NCBI GenBank assembly: GCA_964106915.2
Contig: OZ066914.1
Length of the DNA stretch: 64,000 bases
Strand: one strand, 5' to 3'
Source: Podarcis gaigeae
Lineage: Eukaryota
Below the pieces are notes generated by a model. That model saw only the letters and a program-made list of their open reading frames with translations. It was not told the origin of the DNA and made no database searches. Shown piece after piece: positions 26,321 through 38,389 of the stretch. The position numbers and the translations under genes are program-made. Position 1 is the first letter of the stretch. Every line of letters begins with the position of its first letter.

Positions 26321-27354
26321 CTGTGGGAAAGGAAAGTGGAGAGGTATTAAGGAGGTGCCCCGAGAAAAAGCTGCTAGGTAAGCAAAATAATTCACAACTG
26401 TGAAACGTGACAGATTCTCACCCACAATAGGCACAGATTACAGAAATCATTCCCTTCTCTAGGGGATTCCCTACAGCCAATATTGCATTATTCACACCAG
26501 TGAGCTATGCTGTGGTCTTCTAGCCCCTTTTCATGTCCACTACTTCCTCAATGCCATGCATACTTGTAACTATTTCCAGCAATCTCCTGAAAGGAGGAGC
26601 GTGTGTGTTTATTGATCCCTTAGATTTGCACAAATCCAGAGAACTGTACCAACATGTCACATTAAAATTTTCAACGCCATCCATCTCCTCCAGGTTGCAT
26701 GGATGGAGATCGGAAAAGTCAGCCACAACCTACCCTCCAGAGATGGCCCAACCAGGTATGGCAGGAAGCTTTATCTGAAAAACGCACCCAGCCAGAGGTG
26801 AAATAAAAAGTGGCAGGTTCCTTTTTTCCTCATAATAATTCCAGTGTCGGAGAGCCCAGGTCACCTCTCTGCCATCAATTCTTTTGGTGAAGTGTGATAT
26901 CGTAGGTGGGGCAGCATCATTTCTTATCGTGTCCCATAGAATGTGCATACCTCCTGCCCCCATTTTCTTTCATTGTTTTGTGATATATGTGTCCTAATGG
27001 TGAGATTGTGTACAAGGTGTGTCATCTTCCTGGTGTTATTCCCATTCTGGACAGGGGATGGAGGGGTTCGTTCTTTCCTTTTCTCCCTTGTTTGGGGTTC
27101 TCTGTATACTATTCTGTACATTTAAGAACTATGTGTGCTGGTTTACATGTTAGGTGGTTTTAGTGTATGGTTCTTGAAAAATCTCAAATGTGTTTCTCAG
27201 AATAAAAGAACCAGACCCAATAATTTGTTTTGAGTAAGAGAACAAAACAGAGCTCACAATCCTTTCACACAAAAATTCACTCCTGGTTATCCTCCCACTC
27301 TGAAAATGTTGTTTTTTTTCTTCATTTCAGCAGTATAATTAAGGGAGGGATGCG

Positions 27355-27580
27355 ACAGGCACCCATTATCTGCACTTTCCGGAAACAACTGAAGACATTT
27401 TTGTTCAGACAGGCTTTCCCAGCTGGATAAATGGGTCTTTACCACAAGTGTCTACATTATACAGTTTTAGTTTTGTTTTAAATGTGTTTGCTTTTTTGTG
27501 TTTTTAACTGTTTCTAATTATCTTTAGTCTTGAGACAGCTGTTCAGAAGGCAACTGATAAATCAATGATGGCAATAATAA
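27355..27580 (+). mobile_element. L2-like LINE 3'-end fragment
   Basis: ttccggaaacaactgaagacatttttgttc (FRKQLKTFLF) followed by T-rich UTR; boundaries approximate. Confidence 0.55.
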
Positions 27581-28887
27581 TTTTGTTGCTGTCATTGTTG
27601 AACAATTGGGGAGTCAGAAATCCTTGCCAATCTACATCAAGTCACACAGAAATCTACTAGTAGATCAAAGTCCCCCTTCTGCTCACCCTTACTGTAGTTT
27701 TAATAGAATTAAAACTATACACATATATAAAATCTATCAATGTTTAGTTGTTTTTTAAAGGATTTTTTCCTATTTTTTAATTTTTAATCTGTAAGGTGCC
27801 TTGAGTCCCATCAGGGGAAAAGGCAGGGTATAAAACAACAACAACATACTATAGATTACAGGTACCTTGAGAACATCACTCTCTATTTAACAAGCATATA
27901 TTATAACGGGGATTCTGCCATCAACCTCAGGTTGTTTGGAATTTTTGTTCTCACAAGGCAGTGTGACACCTTTGGCTACCCAAGCTGGTTCTTACTCCAT
28001 AAGCTCCCCAGAACCTCCTTGCAGCCCATTCATTAGCCCAGTGGAGATCTGGTGGAAAGCCAAGGAAGTTAGGGAATTGAAAAGCAAGGGAGACAAGCCT
28101 GAGGGCTTCCAATTGTTTCTGCAATGCAGGATAGCAGCTCTCACCAACACATTTCTAGAGCAAAGTCTAATTCCACAGCATCAAAGATCATATTAGTTTA
28201 GCCATTCCTTGTCAGGGCAGGGTCTGGCAGACAACAAAAGGACTGCTGCCCAGGAAGGAAGGAACACCTGCCGAGAGTCTGAGGGTCCTGCTCCTGCCTC
28301 TCTCCACCAGGCCTAGGGCGGGGCCTGAAAAAAGCACTGTTGCTGCCCAACAGAGAGTACTGTTTACGTTCTTTAAAACTGCTTTTTAATTGTTTTTTTA
28401 ATTTTTTTTTTTTTAAATTAAACATTTTAAACTGTTTTTATATGTTGGGGTGTGTTATTCGGCTGTTTCTGTTGATATTTTGATTATGTATTTTGTGTTT
28501 TTTATCTTGTAATTTTATCTTGTGAACTCCCCTGAGACCTGCGGATCAAGGGTGGTACAGTATATAAATTTAATAAAGAATAATAAGGAATAATAATTTT
28601 GCTGCACCACACTAGGTTCCTTGGGAAGGACTGGTTGTTAAACTACTCTAGGAATTGTAGTTCTGTGAGGGGAGCAGCCTTAGCAAACTACATTCCCCAG
28701 GATTCTATGCGGGAAGGAAGCCATGACTGTTTAAAGTGGTATCATAGTACTTTAAATGTATGACGGGGCCTATGATTTCAGTCCGTACAAAGGAAGAGTT
28801 GAATCCCAACCAGGCTGAGCCAAATGCTCAGGGAATATAGATGAGGGCCAAGGCCGACCACAGCAGGACACCCCAGGGTGCACTCAC

Positions 28888-28965
28888 CTTAATGTCAAGG
28901 TGCAAGATGCCATGATGGTGGAGGTAGCTGACACCCTCCAGGACCTGCCGCATGTAGCAACGTAT
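28888..28965 (-). CDS. SPEG: SPEG kinase 1 exon IRCYMRQVLEGVSYLHHHGILHLDIK (catalytic loop)
   Basis: 78 nt; HLDIK. Confidence 0.96.
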
Positions 28966-29377
28966 CTGCAGGGGAGTAACCCAGCAACAGTCATAAGGTA
29001 CAGTCAAACAAAGAGACATCCAATTAGACACACACAGAAGGCGGGATTCGAGCCCAAACCACCAACTTGTCATTGCTATGGAAATTTGCTCGTCCTTGTC
29101 CCTGGTACTTGTTTAGCTAGATTTTATTTTTATTTTTAAGATCTATTGCTTTTCAATCATTTTCAAACTCGATGATTTTACTTTACCTGCTGCTTCACTG
29201 GCTATACAGTTGTTTTCTTTTGCTGTGTTTTTTTTATTATTGCATGAAAACTAATAGGAAAGCCATACAGGCTGAAAAAGGGGCGTTAATACATTTTCTA
29301 AGAAATGAAGCCCTTCCAGGACAATGAAGATAAGATGGCCTTGGGGGCCTGTTCCCATGACAGCAGCCTGCTCTTAC

Positions 29378-29438
29378 TTCAGATTCGCTCACAGAAGTCT
29401 TCCTCGCAATCCGCTCTAGCAGTTCTTCTCCTGTGCAG
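29378..29438 (-). CDS. SPEG: SPEG kinase 1 exon CTGEELLERIARKTSVSESE
   Basis: 61 nt; phase 2-0. Confidence 0.93.
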
Positions 29439-29625
29439 CTGTATAGTCCGTCAAGGGAAATGTCATGTAAGTAGAGGCCCCACCCTGACAGCTTCTCAAA
29501 AGCAGTGTCCACCTAGGAGTCCCTCATAACCATTACCAAAAAATAAAATATATGTTTTTTAAATGGCCTACTGCCCTGGATACTGGGTCTCCCAACCACC
29601 ACCAGATCTCCCAAATAGAGGATAC
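29439..29625 (-). other. U12-type (minor spliceosome) GT-AG intron, 187 nt
   Basis: 5'SS GTATCCTCT; branch site TTCCCTTGAC with its A 12 nt before the intron end; no polypyrimidine tract. Confidence 0.9.
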
Positions 29626-29826
29626 AACTCCATGACAATGATGATGGCATTCCTCTTCTCAAAGGCATCATGGAAGTAGACAATGCGTTCGTGGTCCAGC
29701 TGAGCTATGATACCAAGCTCACGGCGTGCTGATTTCTTAGCTTTGGCACGGCACGGGATAAACTTGGCGGCAAAGGCCAAACCGGAACTCTTCTGGGTCA
29801 CTCGCCGCACGTACGAGAAGGCTCCC
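29626..29826 (-). CDS. SPEG: SPEG kinase 1 exon RGAFSYVRR...AAKFI...IIIVME
   Basis: 201 nt; VAIK-equivalent Lys; U12-type donor GTATCCTCT. Confidence 0.95.
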
Positions 29827-29828
29827 CT

Positions 29829-30104
29829 GAGAAGAAGAAGAAGAAGAAGAAGAAGAGGAAGAGGAGGAGGAATTTGGATTTGATATCCTGCTTTATCACT
29901 ATGCTAAGGAGTCTCAAAGCGGCTAACATTCTCCTTTCCCTTCTTCCCCCACAACAAACACTCTGTGAGGTGAGTGGGGCTGAGAGACTTCAGAGAAGTG
30001 TGACTAGCCCAAGGTCACACAGCAGCTGCATGTGGAGGAGCGGAGACACGAACCCGGTTCACCAGATTATGAGTCTACTGCTCTTAACCACTACACCACA
30101 CAGG
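29829..30104 (-). mobile_element. tRNA-derived CORE-type squamate SINE with (TCC/TTC)n tail abutting a SPEG splice acceptor
   Basis: A box tggtgtagtgg, B box ggttcg, CORE-like gtgaccttgggctagtcac, pyrimidine-repeat tail. Confidence 0.88.
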
Positions 30105-31039
30105 TCATCATGAGGCACAACCCAGATCCATTCCTTGCTCTTCCCCTTGTTTTGCTGAGTTATGGTCATCCTGTTTTGACCTTGGCCCAGCTGGTCAAGG
30201 AAAGAGGTCAGAGGGCATAGCAGAGTGACTTCTCCTGTAAGGATGGAGGAGTGATGGAGAAGCAGAGGGCGTTCTTGAGAGAACAGGCCCATCCCCTGCT
30301 GTTTTCTAGTCCTCTCTAGAAAACTTGTTCTTAACCTGAAGGGAGAGGCCTCCAATTAATATATCAATTAAATGCTGGTAAAGCACAGGTTTTTACCAAA
30401 GCAACACAAGAAGCCTCGGTGAAAGGCTCTAATCCCAGAGCAAACTCCCAGGGTTGAGGCTGTGCCACTATCACCAGCAGAGTCTTCTGGAAGCGGGAGG
30501 CTTCGCCACAGTTCAGGGACAAGGTGGTAGTACAGGCAGGTGTCTGCTGCATCCTTCTACGTGCCTCGGAGTGAGAGGTAATTGCCCCCACTCCCCCGGA
30601 AGAATCAATTCAGATTAAATCCCCATATGTGAGTAAAGGTGGAAAAGCAGCAAGATGCTGCCACTGCCTTACTTTGTGAGCTTCTGACAACTGCACTGAG
30701 CCCCAGGGATCAGCAAACTGTGCACCATGGGGAAAGACCTGGTCAACCCATGGGTGGACCTGTGTTTGTAAGTCCAACAAAACTCCTGTGGCCAAGTAGT
30801 GCATCTGTTCCTTTACATGTCAGGGTGACTGACCTGTGGCCCTGCAGACGTTGTTTGACTCCAGTTTCTATCACTGACCATGCTGGCTGGGACTGATGGA
30901 GCCCAACAACATCTCCATGGTCACAGGTTTCCCATTCCTTTTTAAGGAGCCTTCAAGCCTCAGCCACCTCACACCAAGAGGAAGGCCCAGTACAACCTGC
31001 CTTATCTTCCTCCTCTTCTCTAACTGAGGACTCCCTCAC

Positions 31040-31133
31040 CTGCCAATCTCCTCGTGGACATCATAATATTCAGCCAGGCGACGAGCTGTGTGTGCGGCTT
31101 CTTCTGCCCGTGCGGCGTCAGCATCTGGCACAG
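31040..31133 (-). CDS. SPEG: SPEG exon AVPDAD...RRLAEYYDVHEEIG (kinase 1 start)
   Basis: 94 nt; joins next exon to form the EIGRGAFS Gly-loop. Confidence 0.94.
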
Positions 31134-32346
31134 CTAGAGAGAACAACAGTGGGAGCAGCAGTGATAGATCAGGGGTATTGGGGGGGAAGCATAAGCAGCA
31201 CAAGACCATGACTCCTCCTGGCCCCCTTTGCCATTCACCTGGGAAGCTTCATCATCCTCATGTAGAGCTGACTCTTATCCCATTGGCCCACACTGGTACA
31301 ATATTATGAGAGGAAGAAGGGTTGTGCAAATCTTTATGGGTTGTGCAAATCTTTAGTAGGAAGTCCATTATGAGGGACTCCCTTATGGACTTGGGTTTAA
31401 ATTAGTGGTCTTTTCACCATGGACCACTTGAAAATTTCAGAGCGTCTTGTTGGGCCACTTAATCATTTTTCTGCCTCGTGTAGCAATTATGATGTCTTTC
31501 TTATATATTGTTATTCCATAGAATTCAAACTTCAATACAATAAAATACAAGATGAGAAATAAAAGAAGCAGTACAAATACAATTAAAAATCAGTATCACT
31601 ATTTAATGCAATGGGTGCACCATTCCCCATCTTCAACCTCAAATCCACGGACACACCGCAGATCAGCTGAATGAGTGAATCCCTGGCTTAAACATCATTG
31701 GGGAGGGGATGAGCATCCTCATTCACACTCTGGGTGTGCTTCCAAATGCACATTTGAGAATGTAAGAACATGACAAGGCTCCTGCTTGATCAGGCTAAAG
31801 GACCATCTGGGGTAGGACTCTGTTCTCACAGTGGCCAACTGGGCACTGTAGCTCAGCAGTAGAGTACGTGCTCCACATGCAAAAGGTCCAAGGTTCAGTT
31901 TCTGGCATTCCCAGATAGATCAGGAGAAGACACCTGCTTAGAACTCTGTAGACAATACTGTGCTGGATTTTATAAACTGGTTTGATTGTATAAACCAGTT
32001 GCCAATGTTCCATGTAGGGTTCTTAGGCTGGAACAGAGCAGTGATGGTCAATATAGCTCCTGTGATGGGCAGGCAGTCTCTGGTTTGGTCAGGACTACTC
32101 TCAGTATGAGAGAAGCGTAGCCTTCTGCCCTTGCCTAGTCAAGTCAATTGAATCTTCTGCCTCTTGTACTAAAGCCTCCAGCTCCACCAACTGACCTCAA
32201 AGATGCTGAGTTGGATAGCACACACACACCATCTCTAGATTTGAACATTGCCAGCTGCAATTCTAACCCACAGCCAACACTGCTTTTGCAGTCCTGGCAC
32301 CCAACTAAAGCCCAGCAGCTCTTATGACTAGCACAATATTACATAC

Positions 32347-32515
32347 CTGCATGGACAACTAGCTCGGCCTTGCAAGACACTTCTCCAGCCAGGTTGCGAG
32401 CGATGCACGTGTAGACCCCACTGTCCTGCTCCGTAGTGTTCAGCACAACTAGCGAGCATTCGCTCTCCTCGTACACAAAGCTCAGGTGGTTGCTTTCCGT
32501 CAGGAGCACCTCATC
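32347..32515 (-). CDS. SPEG: SPEG exon [13 protein letters not shown]...DSGVYTC...AELVVHA (Ig)
   Basis: Hand translation; 169 nt; AG/GT. Confidence 0.95.
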
Positions 32516-33155
32516 CTATTGGGGATATTTCATCAAGACAAGCCACTTGCAAACATCAGGTAGGCGGAACCATTTCATGTGGCAGGCTTCCCCAACCTGT
32601 TGCCCTCCGGATGTTTTTGGACTACAACTCCCATCATCCCTAAGCACAGGTTGAGGAAATCTCCTTTATGGTTTTCTCTTACTGTGCTGTTACAGGCCCA
32701 GTTTTCTTCAGGAACTGTAAGAGGATCGAGCTTCTCTTTGAGACTCATTGTCCAAGGCCCTTTCCTCAACTGATTCTCTTTCTGAACAAACCCAAGTGTC
32801 TCTACTTAGTTGTACTATTCAAGATGCAGGGGAAGAGAATATCAGGCAGGCCTTAATTCCATACCATTGGGCCTTGGCTATTCACATGAAAGGACAGAAG
32901 GCACATGCCCTGCTTCCAAGCACCTAGCCACTCAGAGACTCCTGACTATCTCATGTCGGGCCAAGAAGCCCTTGAGTTGGTTAGGATTGAGGGGAATCTG
33001 CTCTGCTGAGGAGAAGGCCATGGCTGAGATATCATGGGCCCTAGGAGTCCAAACTGAGAGCCACTGACAGGGTGGACACAGTAGATGCATAGACTGAAGC
33101 TTAGGAACATCCTTCAGTCACAGGCAGCCTCCCCAAGACCAAGACCCACACTCAC

Positions 33156-33268
33156 CTTGTACCACATGATGTCCGGGAGGGGTTTGCCCTCCACCACCAC
33201 AGAAAACTGTGGCGTCTCGCCCACCCCAACGTCAATGTCTTCCATGATCGATTCAAAGCGGGGTGCCT
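33156..33268 (-). CDS. SPEG: SPEG exon [14 protein letters not shown]...DIMWYK (Ig)
   Basis: 113 nt; AG/GT. Confidence 0.95.
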
Positions 33269-33672
33269 CTGGGGACAGAAACACACAATCTGTTGAAGCA
33301 AGGGAAGATCCCCTCCCCTCCCTAAGTGACCCCAAAATAAATAAATTTCCCAGCTTAGTTCACTAAAGAAGCTGCCTATCTTGCTCCCTCCCTCTGGGGA
33401 AGACCTTCTCCTCTGGCCTTGTGATATCCGCTTATGTGAAAGCCTAGGACTGAGAGCAGACTGCTGCCCCTTGTGATACCTGGCTGTGGCTTGGGTGGGC
33501 CCTAAGTCTGCTTCCAGATTCTGGGAAGAGCTTAAAGGCAAGTTCTATCCCAATGGGCAAGGCTGTGACTCCATATATAAGGATGTGGGGCATGGTTGTC
33601 AGCGGAGACATGGCCGAGAGTCAAAACTGGGGATGAAGTTGGAGCATGTCAGGGGTTCTGGGCATCCCATAC

Positions 33673-33845
33673 CTGCCAACTCCAAGCTGATGAAGCAGTG
33701 GTCATATCCATGCTGGTTGCTCACCTCGCAGGTCATTTCCCCCACATCCCCCCTGCCCACCCGGAAGAATCGCAAGGCGTGCTGGTCATCATCGGGCATG
33801 CTCATCTCCCAGCTGGCATCGCTGTCCTTCAGCACCACACCGGAC
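33673..33845 (-). CDS. SPEG: SPEG exon SGVVLKD...CFISLELA
   Basis: 173 nt; AG/GT. Confidence 0.93.
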
Positions 33846-34159
33846 CTGGCAGGGACAAGGCAGAAGAGCATGGGATGGGAGGCTCAGGGTTGTATTCAAC
33901 ATAGCGCTAAGTCAGGCACCTGCCAGCAGCACAAGGATTACTGCTAGTACAAAAGGACTTTCCCCCTGCACACTCACCCTTTATCTGTTCTAGGGGTTCT
34001 CCCAGGCTGGCATGCCAAGCAGGTGTTCTACCACCGAACTATGTCTCTTCCCCAAAGTGGTGGGACCCATAAGGTGGTATTCTACTAAGAGCTCAAGGAT
34101 TTTCACTTGCACAATGGGAGTTAGTAGAAGACCACCTTTAAACCCCACTACTTTGGAGA

Positions 34160-34325
34160 AGAGACATAGTTCCGTGGTAGAGCATCTGCTTGGCATGCAG
34201 AAGGTCCCAGGTTCATTCCCTGGTGTCTCCAGGTAGGGCTGGGAATGTTCCCTGTCAGAGATCCACAACCAGGCACTGAACCAGATGGATTGCCGGTCTG
34301 ACTCAGCATAAGGGAGCCTCCTGTG
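34160..34325 (+). mobile_element. tRNA-Ala-headed SINE
   Basis: tagttccgtggtagagcatctgcttggcatgcagaaggtcccaggttcattccctggtgtctcca (TGC anticodon arm). Confidence 0.8.
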
Positions 34326-35278
34326 TTGCACCCCTCTTGCCACTAGCAGTTCCTTGTCACCTTGCCTCGCCAACTGCCTCTGTGGCCTCATACCAAATCC
34401 AGGTTCCTCAGCAATTAAGAGCACAGCTCTTGCTTCTGTTCAGAATCTTAACACTGAGCTCCTGATGAGAAGCACGACATATTTCATGGGGTGACTCATA
34501 ACACAGCTCTTTTGATTAATTTGAAACATAAACATTAGCAGCATGAGGAGCTGTTGAGTCACACCTGAAACTAAAGTTATACAATATAAAAAATGTGTTA
34601 TAATTCCTTTTCATGCATATTCCAATAAATTAAAAGATGGTGAGAATGAATGTTCAGCCAAACACTGTATAACCCACTCAGTGCCGTAGGTTGCTTAAAT
34701 TGTGACAATTTCATCCTTGGCGTCCACCTAAGATATTTCAGCCGTATATCTGAAAGTGGGAACATGAGATGCACAGGTGTTTGCAGAGACCCACTAGGGT
34801 ACTGTTAGGGGAGAAAGCAGGGAGGCCAAACTGTGGGTGGAGCCAGAGGCAATGACAGAAAGCGCTAACTAATCCCAGTTTGGTACCCATCCTTCCTGTT
34901 AAAAAGACTAAGGAAGAAGAAGCTGAGAGCCAGTACCATCTCCTGGACTGTTTGTAACTACAAAGGCAGACAAGTAGGGGCTGGGGTTGAGGACGATCTG
35001 GGATTGTGGGGCAGCATCCCATTCTCCTAATGGACCAGCCTCCACTGCAAAGACCTGTATCAGACAGGTGGACTTACCAAAGGGTTTGCCATTGCTGAGT
35101 TCAACATTTGATGGCAAACCCAGGCTTGCGCTCCAAGCTAAGGACAAAATGGCCTTTAAATTGTGAGTCCTTCAGTGACATCAGATTTTCTGGTGAAATT
35201 ATTCTACCTCACCTTGAGCCTGGAGACTAGGGCAGGCTATAAACAAGCAATGAAATTAAACACAGCAAAAACCAAATA

Positions 35279-35593
35279 CTGTATTTTTCACCCCATAGGA
35301 CGCACTTTTTCCCCTCCAAAAATGAAGGGGAAATGTGTGTGCGTCCTATGGGGCGAATGCAGGCTTTCGCTGAAGCCTGGAGAGCAAGAGGCGTCGGTGC
35401 GCACCGACCCCTCTCGCTCTCCAGGCTTCGCGCAGATTTCCGCAAGCCGCAGGAGGTGCCTGTTCTGGGGGCTGGGGTCGGGGGGAATGGGCACCGCGCC
35501 TGGGGGGGAAATAATTCCCCCCCTTTATTTCCCCCCCCCAAAAAACTAGGTGCGCCTTATGGGACGGTGCGTCCTATAGGGCGAAAAATACGG
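35279..35593. mobile_element. Tc1/mariner-type non-autonomous DNA transposon (MITE)
   Basis: TIRs c(t/c)gtatttttc(a/g)ccc(c/t)ataggacgcac; TA on both flanks; CpG-rich interior. Confidence 0.85.
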
Positions 35594-35803
35594 TACCTTC
35601 CTTGCAGGCCACCCTTAGAAAAAGTCCCTCCGTTGTTTATTTTTTCTCTCCCTTTGACCCTCCTCCTCCCTTTCCCAAAGATACAAGGCAGCTGTTCTCA
35701 TCCCAGATCTTAACATTGTCATGGCACATGCAGTTGACTCAACAGCCTCCCAAGAAGTCTGTGAGCTGGATTCTATAGAAGTGTGACTTAGGAGCTTCCC
35801 TAC

Positions 35804-35927
35804 CTTCTCCAGGTGACAGCAACCTCTACGTGGTTGAGGGTTACGGTGATGCTGGCCGGCTGCCCCTCCACCGCATACACCACATCCGGCTTGTCCAGGA
35901 TCATGGGGGCCTCCGCTAGGTAAGGCC
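35804..35927 (-). CDS. SPEG: SPEG exon [15 protein letters not shown]...VTWR
   Basis: 124 nt; AG/GT. Confidence 0.94.
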
Positions 35928-36898
35928 CTGCAAGCACAGTCACCATAGCAGGCAACACAAGGAGGTCAGTTTGCTGTTCTAGATCGGGAATATGGAACCT
36001 GTGGTCCTCCAGAGGTTGCTGGATCACAACTCCCATAATCTCTTACCATTGGCAATGCTGGCTGGGACTATTGGGACTTGGAGGCCAACTTCTGGAGGGG
36101 ACACAGGTTCCCCACCCTGGACCATCAGTATGTAGGGGAGTGGACAGATATCCAAGTTCTCAGCTAGCTAGGTTAGATTCCTGTTTTGACACATCAAACA
36201 GGAACCCTTACTTTGGGGGTTCACATTCCAGAGGCCATTCCTGAATAATTCCTGATTTATTGTACCCAGACACTGAGCCCGGAGCTGAATCTCCTCTAGC
36301 CCAGAATAAGCATTATGCCAAAAGTGCTCTAATATGGGCTCTTGGCCGCAAGGGGGAAACCCACTTTTAGCAGTTCTTTCGTGGGATTTTCAATGTGTAT
36401 AGAGAACATGCCAAGCAAAGGATTCAGCAACTCTACTTCAACAGACAAGCTACTTCAAAGATGCTGGAGGTGGCAAGCAGTTCCGCCAAGGGAGAAAGCA
36501 TTTATGGCTTTCTGCCATGGGCTCTGGAGAAACCATGACGTTAATTATATCAGAATCTTTATATTTAGGATTAGAACCTGAGTAAACCCTGCGGCCTAAT
36601 TATGAGACCAGAAAGGAGCAGAAAGCTAGAAATGCAACCTTTCCTTCTGTTTTGTTATGGGCCTTCTGTCTGAGTCTATTTGTTTCTGTCTGAGTCTATC
36701 TAAATATGTTTCTTGTTTAACCACCAGAGCATCAGACTGAGACTGGGAAAATCTCATTTGCCCTCAGGCATCATCACTCCAGCGTGTGTGTGTGAGGAGA
36801 CTACCATAGTGTCAGCTTCTTTTCCATTTCCCTCCTCCTACTTCCCCACCCCCCACCACCTGTCCTCTTCCCCTTTCCCTGCTTTGACGCTGCCTTAC

Positions 36899-37105
36899 CA
36901 CGATCAAGGAGCTGCACAGACTCAGTGGGTGGAGAGGGCTTGCTATTAGCCTTGGCTGTAGCTGTGAGTACACGGAACATGTAGCGGATGCCCTTCTTCA
37001 GAGCCAGGACGGTGTAGCTGGTGTCATGTACCCCCGTGGCAATCACAGTCCAGTGGCTGCTACCCAGGACCTGCTGCTGGATGGTGTAAGTCACAGCTGC
37101 AGGGT
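36899..37105 (-). CDS. SPEG: SPEG exon DPAAVTYTIQQQ...VQLLDR (Fn3)
   Basis: 207 nt; AG/GT. Confidence 0.95.
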
Positions 37106-37528
37106 CTGAGAACAGAAGAAGAGAATTTCCAGCAGAGAGCTAGTGAGGCTATGCATCATTTGTCCAGAGTTAGGACTTTATGCTATGCTTGTATGCCACC
37201 CCCACTCAATACTACAGTAGTGGGGAGGCAAGGACCTGTCTGTGAGTCACAAGGATATGGCAGGCTGTTGGGAAAACTAGGTAATACTCACCCTCTGGAT
37301 GATTTCTCTCCCTTAAAGCTAATTGATGCCCTTTAGGTTCACATGAACAACAGCTTTTGGTCAGCAACAACAGAAGTAAAACAACAAAGTAAGTTTCTAG
37401 TCCTTGTGGGCTAAGAAGGATATACTTGGAAGTGTGTGAGTAACACCATCTGAAATTTTCAGGTAGCTGAATAAGATTTGTGGTAAACTATTTTACCGGC
37501 CTGCACATATTTTGTATACCATAAAGTA

Positions 37529-37742
37529 CAGTGGTACCCCGGGTTACATACGCTTCAGGTTACATACGCTTCAGGTTACAGACTCCGCTATCCCCGAAAC
37601 AGTACCTCGGGTTAAGAACTTTGTTTCAGGATGAGAACAGAAATCTTGCGGCAGCAGCAGGAGGCCCCATTAGCTAAAGTGGTGCTTCAGGTTAAGAACG
37701 GACCTCCGGAACGAATTAAGTACGTAACCAGAGGTACCACTG
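37529..37742. mobile_element. pogo/Tigger-like MITE
   Basis: TIRs cagtggtacc.c.ggttac; TA on the left flank (CA on the right); internal 17-bp tandem duplication. Confidence 0.85.
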
Positions 37743-37798
37743 CATACAAAATAACAGCAAAATGCAGCTTTTCTGAGGCGCAGCTTTGTATGTGTGGG

Positions 37799-37800
37799 AT

Positions 37801-37864
<64 letters not shown>
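37799..37864. repeat. (GT)n(GA)n microsatellite
   Basis: Direct inspection. Confidence 0.95.
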
Positions 37865-37866
<2 letters not shown>

Positions 37867-38284
37867 CAGATACACCCCTAACAACAACCCACCAGTGCTA
37901 ATGCAAACACATTTTCCAGTCAGTGTATGCAAATGTGTAATGCCCCCTTTGCCTGCCAGTAGCACGCAGAGAGAGTGGGCTGTACAACACATCAATGGCA
38001 GCTGTCAGTGAGAGCGGGGGCCTCACTTGCAATCGCAGCACCAGATTGTGCGCCCACCTGCCCAGTGACAACTGCCAGGCTGCCCAGCAGAGGAATCCAG
38101 TTATGTGGAATGGCCTGCCCTCTAAGATGCATTTGCCCTACAGCAGGAGAGACTGGGGCACCAGCTCCTGCATCTGACACCAAATTCTCCCAATTGGCAC
38201 CTCAAGCAGCTATTTCTTCACAGCCCAGCTCCTTCTCCACCCGGCTGCCACTACACTGCCACTTGCCTTCCTGGCCCTGCTTAC

Positions 38285-38389
38285 CAATAGCTGAATCCAG
38301 CCACTTGGGCTTGTTCCATTTCAGTGTGACTGCTCGGCCAGTGACAGCAGCTATGGCCGGCGGGCCATCAGGGGGTGTGGGCACCACAT
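38285..38389 (-). CDS. SPEG: SPEG exon [11 protein letters not shown]...KWLDSAI (Fn3 start)
   Basis: 105 nt; AG/GT. Confidence 0.94.
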
